Below, in pieces: positions 39,501 through 53,783 of a stretch of DNA of 64,000 bases. Below the pieces are notes generated by a model. The model was not told where the DNA came from and made no database searches. It was given only the letters and a program-made list of their open reading frames with translations. Position 1 is the stretch's first letter; each line of letters begins with the position of its first letter. The position numbers and the translations under genes are program-made. Where the stretch lies: positions 7,750,001 to 7,814,000 of the forward strand of contig CP075492.1 in NCBI GenBank assembly GCA_021613535.1. The letters are read 5' to 3'. This DNA comes from Adineta vaga (lineage: Eukaryota; Animalia; Rotifera).

Positions 39501-42500
39501 CTTGTTCGAGATCTTCCAGCTGAAATGCGTTATCCACTTGTTGTTCGTCGTCATTATTTATATCGTATCATTGAAGTTCTCAAATATTTATCAACACTTG
39601 GCTTAATAACATTTGTTGATCGACCAACGATTAGTCGTTTAGAAAAATTAAATACATTGATTTATCTCCATCCGAAAACATATTTAATCAATACAATTAA
39701 TCAAACAAATAATTCCAATGGACCCATTGAAAATATGTCAAATTATCCGAAACAGATGTATCATTTTACATCTTTAACAAATATCAATCGTTATTGGTTT
39801 GATTTAATTGAAATTGCATTGAATACTTATCGAGTAAAGATCTTTTCACGTAAACAAGAACGTTCACATATTATTGATGTACTTAAACAAGCAGTTAAAC
39901 CACTTTCAATTGAACATATTCAAGAAATCAAAACGCCATTAGGCAAATCAAATGGTCCAGCTGGTTTTGATTATGATTTATATTTATTCTTACGTAAATC
40001 ATGGAAACTTCCATATAATAACAAACGTATACTGAAATTACTCAATCGAGAAGCTAATCATTGTTGTATACCTGTTTGTGAATTACGTGTACCTATTGAT
40101 GTTGCATTAAAACGTTCGTATACTCGACATTTAACACAAAAACGTAAAAATCATAGTCGAAAACGTGATATGAATATGTTAACAAACAATTTTGATAATT
40201 CATCTGTATTTTCTACCACAACAACAACATCATCGTTTCATCGTTCAAAACGAAATATTCATTTTGTAACGAAAACATTACCCGGAATTGATTATTATGG
40301 TCATCTATCACGATATATTATTCCTTATGAATTATTAAATCAATTACAATTTGTTGATAGACGTAAGAAAATACTTTTTCAATATATACGAGAAAAGAAT
40401 AAGGGAGTTTTAAATCGTTTCAATGAAATTCTACATAATACATCAATAAATAAAACAAAAGATCGAAAAAGAAAGAAACAAAAATCAAACGATGAACACG
40501 ATTCTGATGATGAAGGTAATTGAATTCATTCGAATACAGATATTAAATCTATTCTGATCTATTTTAGAACATATTAATTCGACTGCACTTCGTGTTCGTT
40601 GGTCACCAATCGAAGAACGTGTTATATCTTTGATAAATACGTCATTAACATTCTATCTTCCACGTAAACAAACTGACAATTCTGAACTTTCAAAAGATTC
40701 GACAAGTGTTGGAAGTCGTCGTCCAGCTGCATTTCTTCCATTTAGTAAAGAATTATTTCGTGCTTGTCTCGTTCGTATTCTTCCTCGTTCAGCTCATTCA
40801 AAAACTCCTCAAAATGTTGTACGAAAAATCAAAAATGATATGACACAACAAACACGTTTAACACAATTAGAACATCTTTCTGTTCTTTGTTCAACAGATA
40901 CATATTTACTCACGTTTCGTAATGAAGCAAAACGTTATCTTAAACAACGATTTCGTTCCAATGAGCATTTCTTTCTTTTACTTTTCGAACGAATTTTTCT
41001 TAAATTTGAAAATTTTATACGTACAGGATATTTACATTGTATTCCACAAGGTACAATTGAATCGTTACCATCTTCAAAAGAAGAACTTTACAAACAATAT
41101 AAAATTATTGGAAAACCAACAACTGATTTCAATTCATTACATCAACTTGAGTAAGTTCATTCTTGTTATCATTCGATTGATTAATCTCTCTTGTTTTCCT
41201 CTCATAGAACAACAAAATCAATCTTAAGTTCAACAATAAACATGGCTGCACATAGTTCTCTTTTATCTAATGAACGTTCAGGTACTGCAAAAGCCTTTAT
41301 TCTTCATTATATTTTCTCTCAATATCCCGAATCATTACTCAATGAAATTGTCTATCGATTAATGCATACAGATGCAGTGATTACATTAACTAAATCCAAT
41401 GATATTCAACGAAAAATTTCCAGTGAAGCATCAACATTTCTCGCTGGTCGAGCTTATCATATTAATCAACGATATATCTATCGTTGGTATACATACATGC
41501 CTGCAACAGTTCTTCATGAAACGTATTCATGGATACATGAAAATATCTTATCGAAAATCGATATAAATAATGTGAATACGGAAATGAATGTTACTATTGA
41601 TGTTGAACAACAGAATAATGTTGCGATAGCTGCATCATTTATAACATTTTTTGATACGAATCATTTTGATATTCACTTAGCATTACCAAAAAGTCTCGAT
41701 GATGAACCAGAAATGTTGATGTCCAAAATACAGAAAACTACTGATGAATCAAATACAGATGACGATGATGATGATTATGATGATGATAATGATGATGAAC
41801 AACATGAACGAGTTTTTCAACAAGTTCTTCAAAGTGCAAGACGAATTGATCAAACACGTTATGAATATATTCATAAACGAAAACTTTCAACAGATGAAGA
41901 AAAAATAAATAAAAAAGCCAAAGTAAGTTTCTTTTTTTTTGTAGAAACTAATTCTTTTAATCGAATCTTAATATTTCTATTTTAAGATCACAACTAATGA
42001 CACTAATGTTTCGAAAGCAGCCATTCCTCTTCGTCATCAATGTCATGAATGTCCAAAATCGTTTCTGAATCGAACAAGTTTAGTTCGTCATTGCCATCGG
42101 CAACATGAACAACATCGACAAATTAAATCAACGAAAACAACATTACGTCCTGGTTTACCAACACAAAATCCACTTGGCCGTGGTCGTCATGCAACAGATA
42201 CATCATCTCTTAGTTGTTGTTCAATTAAATTTGTTCTTTCCAAGGAATTCCTTCAACAACAATTTCAACATTTTTATATACAAAAATCTTTACATTCAAT
42301 TGATAAATTAATTCAACGTTTTCCATTCTATTCCGCTGTTTATGAACAAGAACAACAAATTGATTCGGAAGAAACAAATCTATTATATATTTCAATTCTT
42401 AATGCACATGAATTCGGCTTAACATTTTATCAATTATATACACAAGTAAAATCAACCATGACATTTAGTCAATGTGTCAAACAATTAAATGATTATTTAA

Positions 42501-43326
42501 TTCGTGGAATTGTTATTGCTGCAGGAAGTCGAATGCGAATATTTGTTCATCGAAAACATGCACGATCATGGTTGATTTATTCCATTCGTTTTCGACAACA
42601 TGATGATAATAATAATAATAATTTGGAAACTTTATTAACAAGTGCCTTCGTTGAATCGACACCAATAACGAAAACATCGACAATGGATATTCAAACTACA
42701 CAGGATGATAAACAATTGAAACTTTTCAATTTTTCAAATGAAGATAATCAATTAATCACAGATCAATGTGAAGTAAGAAATCATTGCTTTCGTTTCCTTA
42801 CAATTCATAATATATGTGTATATATCTTTAGCGTATTGTGTTTGTTCCTCGTCCATGGAAATCAACTGATGGTTCAATTAATTTTACTGTTTTACAACGT
42901 ATGATGGAATCCTTATTACTATTTATCATTGATCATCCAGGTGTCAATCTTGAATATTTATATGAACATTATAAATGTGTTCTTCAACCAGTTGCTATTG
43001 ATGATTGTATAGAATTATTTCAACAAATGAATTGTTTAGAAACTGTTCGAGTATCATTGAAAAGAACAGTCGATAAACAAATTGATCTTTATTCGAATGA
43101 AGATTCTGATATTGATGATGAGATGGAAAATGAAGAACAAGATGTTCAATATGATCAAGATAATGACCTCGAACGTATATTTTATAAAACAAATTATAAT
43201 CATCAACAAACAACATTGTATTGTTTTCCAACTTATGATTGTTTAGCAAAATTTGGTGTTTCATTTCCACCTTCACTAATCAATCAACAACGTGGAATTG
43301 ATCGAATGCCATTTCCTAGTTATTAA
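36572..43326 (+). CDS. GTF3C1: General transcription factor IIIC subunit 1 (B-box binding, GTF3C1/TFC3-like), multi-exon; exact start ATG uncertain (36572, 36602 or 36647)
   Basis: N-terminal ILIDELSVEGLDGCTFNHLY; winged-helix-like EYALLECICKTRSKGI...SKSLFYYLKQL; MDRKTLDKLVDDLEK; YGYVYKFQRCAILHKFMFYLLYG; CMPVSIF...LVRDLP; GPAGFD; RVRWSPIEE; C-terminal FVPRPW..DGSIN...HPG...LQPVA. Confidence 0.85.
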
Positions 43327-46300
43327 AAACTAAACCTGTGATTTTCTCCGTATGTACGTTCTAGTACTTCGTATTCTTGATTGTTTCTTTGTATTGGTAT
43401 TACATTTGTTGTGATACGAAATAAAATAAGAAGTTGATTGAAATCTTGTACATTTTATCTAAGTAAACTGTTAGACAATCTTACTGACAAACAAGAAATA
43501 GTCTTGGTTATAGATATGTTTTATCAAGCAGTATAAAGACTAGTAAATTATGAACGATTTATGTCACCTTATTTTGATATGATGTAGAGAAACATAATGT
43601 TATATTTAAATTTACTACTCGGATGAATTTTTATTCTATAAAAAGGACTGAAGAGAATTAAGAATCGGTTCATAAATAGCTCATTACTTGTCAGAATTGT
43701 CATTATTTGAAAAAGCAGATCAGTCTTTTTTTCGATCTAATGTTTATCATGTTCATGTGTACCGACAATATTGTCTTAATGAAAAATTCATAATAGTTTG
43801 AATGACTTTCTTAAGCTATATATATATATATCAGATCTAGTCGGTATATTATCAACACTTTTATTCTGTCATTTATCGTCATGATTTGTTATGCATATTA
43901 TTTATCACGACATCAAACAATATACTAACATCTGGTAAAGCTATAGAAAAACCAACAGTGACTATTTCTGTTATTCAACTTATTAGGAATTCCAAAATTG
44001 ACAAAGTGAGAAAAAAAGTCAGTCGAGATAATTACCAATCCTTTGAAATAGTCTGGTATTCTTATTATAAAACTACGCGTTTTTCCCCCTTCTTCTCTTC
44101 TGAAACATGAAAAAAGAAGAAGAAGAAAAGCTAAATAAAACTGAGTGAAAAGTCTTTGACATTGATCAAAATACACTTTTCAATGACGTAAGCACTGCCT
44201 AGTTTCTACTCGATTTTGTTAATTAAAAAATATATTACTAAAAGAAAAAAGTTTCAAACACTAACAATTTGATAATCCAGTTAAGTTTTTAAAAGAATAG
44301 ATTTTTGTTTTCTTTCGAGTTCATTGTTTCATTAATACCGATCTTGTAGTAGCTAAAACCTAATGAAAAAATATTAACACGACTTTGGTTCGCTCTTTAC
44401 ATTTGCGTGTTTCTTCTTCTCTCTTTTTTCTTCACATTATATTTTCTCTTTTCTTGCATTTGACACACTCAAATTAGAATCGTCCTTAGTTCTCGGTTTT
44501 TTTCCTTCAGAAAAGAGAAGAAGAAGAGGAAGAAAAAGAAAAATGAGCATTGTATGAAAGCTACTAAAGAAAAAGAAAACTTTTCTCTATCTCAAAGAAT
44601 CCTGATGCATCGTTTATTCTGAAAAAGATTTGGTAAGCATGTTCACTAAGATCAGTTTAAGTCAGTACTATTATGATGAATAGATTTATCCATCCATCCA
44701 TCCATCAATCAAGGCAAAAGAAAATAAGATATCTTCGTTTGGATATTCAGGAAAGTGTTGCCTATCAGTTAACTTGACAGATCAACAAATGATGACTGAA
44801 GGAAACAAATGGCAGCGGAAATCATCAGACAGGAAATACATGGGAGACTATCGAGGGATCCAAAAGACAAAAGATTGTATAAGTGAGAAAGAAATAAAGA
44901 CTATATGAAAGTATTCGATGTTTCAGACTGATTCAATCACTAATGACAAAAAGTATTGAAGACAAATAGAAGAACATGCTTTTTCATCTGTTTGACCATA
45001 GAAGAATTCTTTTTCGTCTTTTGAATATTTTGATATGATTAATAATAGTAACAACACATAATCGGAACTACTTAAGATGAATTAACATTTTTCTTCTTGC
45101 TCTTTTTTTCTTTCTCACCAGGTCCAATTCGATTAAGAACAACATGTCTTTGATTTTTTGTCGTTTTATTTTTACTATCAAATAGTTTAAAAATAACTTT
45201 ATTTTATTACGTTTATTTTCATTAATCATTCTTCTATTGTATTCGTTATTTTCCAAAACATAAATTTCCGTTTCTTTATTATTGTAGATAATTAATTGTG
45301 CATATATATATCGATGTCGTTTTTTCTCAACAAAAAAAACTATCACTATTTGAGAGTCAATTAGTGAGTAAACAACCACAAAATACGAGAGAAGACATGA
45401 TCATTTTTTCTATTCTTTTAACATCAATAAAGTATACAAAATCTTGACATATTTCAATATTATTTTCTTTCGAAGTTCGTCAATCATCTTTAGTTAATTG
45501 TTAGAAGGATAAGTAGCATATGGTATGAATAGATAGGAAAACAATTATTGTTTATTTTAGTGAAAGATTCGATTAGAGAAATAATTATTCTCATGTGAAA
45601 CAAGGCGAAATTTAGGAATTAGATAAAAGTAAGAGAATGATTGATTGCACGAATCAAATGAGATATTATCTTTTTCTATTTGAAGATGAAAGTATTAACT
45701 ATATTCATCGTTCTCTTTCTTTTGTAAGTATATATCGTATTGACGCATTTTCAAGGTTTTTGCATACGAAATAAATGATCATTACGCATGTCGCATAGCG
45801 CCATCTGTAAAAGATATTCTTATATTATTGAAGTTTGATTCTATCCATTAAACTGTTTGATTCTATCATAATGTCATGTTACTTGTTAGTTTTTTTCTTC
45901 TCTATACTCCAAAACATCCATTGCCTCTTCTGAATCAATTGATCAATTGTTAATGCTGATCAGTGAAGCGTTTTACTCACGTTATGTATTGTATTTAGTT
46001 TTCTTTTTTTTATTATCCGCTGAAGTTTTTCTTTTTCTCTACACTTCATTTTTTTATCTCTCTATTATTGAGTTTGAAAAGTAGAAAAAAAAGTTCATTT
46101 AGCTAATTCTCTTGGTTTTGTTTTTCTTTTCTGCTTGTCTTTATACAAACGGAAATGAAATTTAAACTAAAGGATGTTCGCTAACATAGATTTCATCGTT
46201 TAAAAAAGAATTTTTTTTTCGAACATTAACCGGAAATCAGACCATGTATACATGCGATACTCAGTGTCCTTGTGCATCATCATAGTCGAGGCTTTCTTCT

Positions 46301-47300
46301 TTTTTTTCGTATTATTAATATTGTCCTTGTTTTATCGAGCGGTGAGAAACAAAAAAGAAAGATAGATTCTTTTTGAGAATCAACGATCTTTGATACCCAT
46401 TTACATACATTAATCGAATCGAGAACAGTGTTGTATATACGAAAAAAGAAAGAAAGAAAGAAAAACGCTTCTCCGTATTATGTCATTATCAATCGAAAGA
46501 ACAATCGATTTACTCAGCAATAATAATAACAAAGAAGAAACAGTATTTTACTTGTTTGTTATGTTTCTTTCTTTTTTTTTCTTCTCCCTATTAATATCTA
46601 AATATTGTTGATGAGTAGAAGGAGGAGAAGAACGATAGTTCGCACTCATTTAGTCCCTTGTCGATGATGTGAAAAGAGAAGAAAAAAAAAATGAAAGAAA
46701 GCAAAATGCTTGCTGTTTGGCATACACATGCATACATGCTCCTATAACAACAACAACAGAATCGTCGACGATGCAAAAACAAATGCAAGTAAAAAGAAAG
46801 AAAAAAAAAGAAAGCTTATTACTTTCCTTCGTTTTTCTTTCTTACTCGCATTTTTTTCTCTCTTCTTCTTCTAACGACAAGAAAAAAAAACTTGATGATA
46901 AATGAATTTCTTTTGCTCTATCTCGTCGACATGCCGTGCACACACACACACACACACATACACATTAAACAGAAAAGAAGAAAGAAAGAAAAATATCGTT
47001 TCGTACCCATGTAAAAAACGAGAGAGAGAGAGAAAGAGTAAGAGAAAGTAGAAAATCTATTTTCATGCCCCAATGGACGGTATGTGGTTCTGCATGACTC
47101 TCTTTTCTCACTTTCTAAAAACGCATATATGCAGGTGTCCCTATTGACTACTACCTGGTGAAGGACACATAAACATCGATTATTACGTCTAATTTCAGAT
47201 CTATTTTCTTCTCTTGTCATGTTATTAGATTATTTATCAAAACAAAGACTATCAATGTTATTGAAATCTTTTATTGAATCTTCCTGATAGTAAAAAACTA

Positions 47301-50007
<2,707 letters not shown>

Positions 50008-51250
50008 AGATAAATTCGTTTATCTATAGTCTTCTTTTTCTAGCGTGAATTAATTTGCATTCACTGATATAAATACGTTTCATGGGATGTTGATTGATCT
50101 ATCAGCTATTCCAAGTTTTTTTTCTTTTATTTTCTTTTCTTCTCTTTCTTTTTTTTTGTAAAAACAGTCGACAGACTGCGTTTCTTTATTTTGTTCCTCT
50201 ATACGCATGTCTAACTTTTTTCGTGATAAACTATTACGTATTTTTTCTTCTTTTTCTTTTGTCGTCAGCATATTTAAGTGGATGAGAAGAAGTCGTCTTT
50301 GTATTAACCATGTTTTTCTTTAATGTTGTTCTACGCTATGCTTTCGTCCGCGTTTTTGTTTCATTTCTCTCTCTCTCTCTTTCATATTTGCTTCATACTT
50401 TCCACGATGATTATCAGCAAGATCGCATAGTTTTTCTTTCTTTTCTATTTGTTTGTTTGTTCGTTGTGAGCGTTGAAATTCCTACTTTTTTTTCGATTTT
50501 TTTTCTTTTATTTTCTTTCTCTTTCTTTCTTTCTTTCTTTCTGTCTTTTATTCGTGTGGAAAAACCAGCATGACGACAATAACAAAAAAAGAAGTATACG
50601 ATGAATTTGTTCAATGAAAACAAAACATTCATTTTATAATTGAAAATATCCATGAAATCTCATTCTTCTCAAAGCTAGCAAAATCTTTGATATCATACAT
50701 GTATATTCAATTTGATCATTATTTGATAGCAATATTTTTAACTTGTCTCTATTAACAAATACGGCTCGTTTGTCTCTATTCTTTGCAAAAGACAATTTTG
50801 TCATTTAATATTTGATATATTCGTCCATATCTTTTCGGGCATATTGAGATACATAAGACGTATTATATTTCTTAACCTTCACATAAATTGCCTTTAACGT
50901 TTCTTTTACTTCCTTCCTTTGACATACAATCAACAAAAAATAGCATATGACGAAATTATTGTAAAGACACGAAAGAATGGTATAGATTAAGAAAACTATA
51001 TTTGTAAATTCAGTAATTATCTGACTCATTGTTTCCAACTTATGAAATAATGACGAAAAGATTGATGAATTTTTATCGTTACTTCAATAGAATAATAAAA
51101 AAAGCAGGTTGCACCGATAGAATAAAAAGACATTAAAAGCTTTATTCTTTCTCCTCTCTATTCTTTTTCGTATATAAATATCAAATCTCTTCGACTTTCA
51201 ATTATCCATAGACATTACAACTATTACAACACATTTACTCTTCTATTCTA

Positions 51251-51702
51251 ATGGCACAAAGCAGCAATCAAACAACAAAACCACGACCAAAAGAGTACGC
51301 ACTACTCAATTGTATTTCATTTGTTACCAAGAAATATGCGTATCTCTTTTATGTAGATTAGATATTTCGTCTTCATCTTGTCAACGTCATCGTCTCCCAT
51401 CTGAACCTGTGGACACTCTAGCCAATCTTAGTTCAGCTGAACGTTATATCGCAGAACAATCACAAATGCTCGATTTGAAGACTTTTCCATCAGATAATCG
51501 TTCAACTGTCAGCAGTATAACTTCCATGAATCACAATCAAATTATGGATGGATGGCGTGAGAAAGAAATTAATGAACGTTATAAAAGTGAACCATCTAAA
51601 TATAAGTATGGAACACCACCACCTAGATCATCAAATCAAAAAACTGACAATCAAACATCATCTTCTTCTTCTTCGTTTCGAAGTTTCCTGAAAAGAAAAT
51701 AA
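51251..51702 (+). CDS. Small uncharacterised hydrophilic protein (2 exons: 51251-51294 and 51357-51702)
   Basis: ATG 51251 MAQSSNQTTKPRPK splices through a 62-bp GT-AG intron in frame to ELDISSSSCQRHRLPSEP...FRSFLKRK*. Codon usage looks coding-like; no family recognised. Confidence 0.6.
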
Positions 51703-52102
51703 TCATCGATTTTCTTTCGAATTCTTCCATTTCTGTGACATGATTTTATTTAGAAATATTAATATGAAGTGTATTCAAAAGACTGAATGTCAGTTATGAT
51801 ACTTTAGTATATTGTTATCTCGCAATGTTTCCGTTTAAATATTAGAAAAACGGGATAAACATAGATTTATGTGATCTACTATTGGTCTTTTTTGAGAATT
51901 AACATAGAGTTTTGTGGATGTTTAATGAAATGTGCTGACCAAATGATTTTGTTGTGATAAGTCTAGCTAGGAATTCAATAAAAAAAATAGTTATTTTAGA
52001 AGAGAAATATTGTAATTTATCGAGATTTATTGTTCATTAATAAAAGCAGAAAAAAAGTATAATGAAATTTTTGCATCATCACATCAAAATGAAAGACAGA
52101 AT

Positions 52103-52814
52103 TCAATTACATTCTGTAATAGTTGAGACCATGTTTCCCTCACGTCGTGTTACAGTTCGACAATGTTGATGAGAATGTTTTGAAACTGTATGGGAATGCA
52201 TATGCATATTTTTACTAAATCCTTCAAATAAATCTCCAAAACCGAAGCCATCTTCACCGGCAGTATGAAGATTTGTTCCAAAGATGTCATCATCATCATC
52301 AAATAATGAACCGAAATCAAAATGAAAACCATGTTCATGTACTTTTTGATGAGCATGTTGATGAGCACGTTGATGAGCTTGATGATGAGCATCATGATGA
52401 GATTTATGAAAAGCATCAAATTCTTCGAAGAAATCGTTCATATTAAAATCGAAACCAGGAGAACCTTGTTGATTAGATGACGAGGAAAAAAATTGATGTC
52501 CTTGTGCATCATACTGCCGACGTTTATCTGCATTACTTAAGACATCATAGGCTTCAGCTATAGAACGAAATGTTTCTTCGGCTTTGGGATCTTTATTTTT
52601 ATCTGGATGATATTTTAAAGCTAAACAACAAAAATAAATAGTTTTAGTTTACTGAAGATCATATGTACAACGTACCTAATTGACGAAATTTTCGTTTTAT
52701 TTCTTTTTCAGTTGCATCTTTTTTCACACCTAAGATTTCATAATAATCTTTGGCAGTCACAATCACAATACAAAAGACTAAAATAGCAAATTGTATCCAC
52801 GAATTTATATCCAT
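52103..52814 (-). CDS. DNAJB9: DnaJ homolog subfamily B member 9 (ERdj4)-like ER co-chaperone, 2 exons
   Basis: Signal peptide [21 protein letters not shown]; J-domain [43 protein letters not shown]...AYDVLS; G/F-rich region; C-terminal [18 protein letters not shown] typical of DNAJB9. Confidence 0.93.
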
Positions 52815-53399
52815 CTGATTTCTACGATTGTTAGATATACTATTACGATATTTGGAAATATAATTATGATACAGAAATACTACCTTTTTTAATCATTTGT
52901 CATGTCAAGCGTCGAAAAGCAGCAGCAGCAACATTACATTATGAGGTTGCCAGATATGATTGGTCATCTCTCAACCTAACAATGATTCATAATTGAAATA
53001 AAATATCTGTCGAAATGTATGTTTAAAATTTTGTTATTGAATATATCAATCGATCTTCCAACATTCTATTCTATTCTATATTCAAATTTCTTAATTGTAC
53101 AGTTTGGGGCGAATTGTCTGATAGATGTCGCGTTTGAGATGAAAATATTTTAGATAAGAACTAGAAAATATTTTAAAATAAATAATAAGAATTATATTTC
53201 AAGTTTAGTTTTGTACTCGTTCTTGGAAAATAAATCTATTCGCCATCTTTGTTTATCATCCTCTCCATTGATGTTGGTTATCTGACTCAACTACCTACAC
53301 GTCTTTGTCATCGGTACATATTACACCATTATTCTTCATTTTTATCCCCAAGATTCACAAGGCAACACAAACATTTTATCGTCGTAAATTTCATTGAAT

Positions 53400-53783
53400 A
53401 TGCCTCAACAAACTGAGAATTTATCATTTACCGTCGATGATTTCGTCTCAGATATTGATTATTCAGAAGCTCGTCAACTTCTTGATTTAACTATAGTCAA
53501 ACAAAAAGAATTACGTCGACAACGTTCACAAGCCTTATTTACACAATTACTTCTCAAACGAACTTATAAGCGTGTATGTGAATTACTTGATTCCGAATGT
53601 ACAGTAAAAAAATCTTCTCCATTATCCACAATTGATACCAATAAACGAAAATTATCATCGGACGATCATGAAGTACCATCATCATCAACAACAACAACGA
53701 AGAAAAGCAAAGCTTCTGTTGATGCTGATATTCTTCAATTTCTTCGAGAACTCAATGCAGTTAAAGTACTGCCCAGGTATTAA
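53400..53783 (+). CDS. Small intronless protein with an IER/SERTA-like helical motif and basic NLS-like segment
   Basis: ATG at 53400; EARQLLDLTIVKQKELRRQRSQALFTQLLLKRTYKRVCELL resembles the N-terminal motif of IER2/IER5 and SERTA domains by eye; NKRK and KKSK basic patches. Confidence 0.6.
   Translation: MPQQTENLSFTVDDFVSDIDYSEARQLLDLTIVKQKELRRQRSQALFTQLLLKRTYKRVCELLDSECTVKKSSPLSTIDTNKRKLSSDDHEVPSSSTTTTKKSKASVDADILQFLRELNAVKVLPRY

Noticed and set aside
50080-50653. Phe/Leu-rich and Lys-rich ORFs after calcineurin
   Set aside because: They translate the T-rich 3' UTR and its complement.
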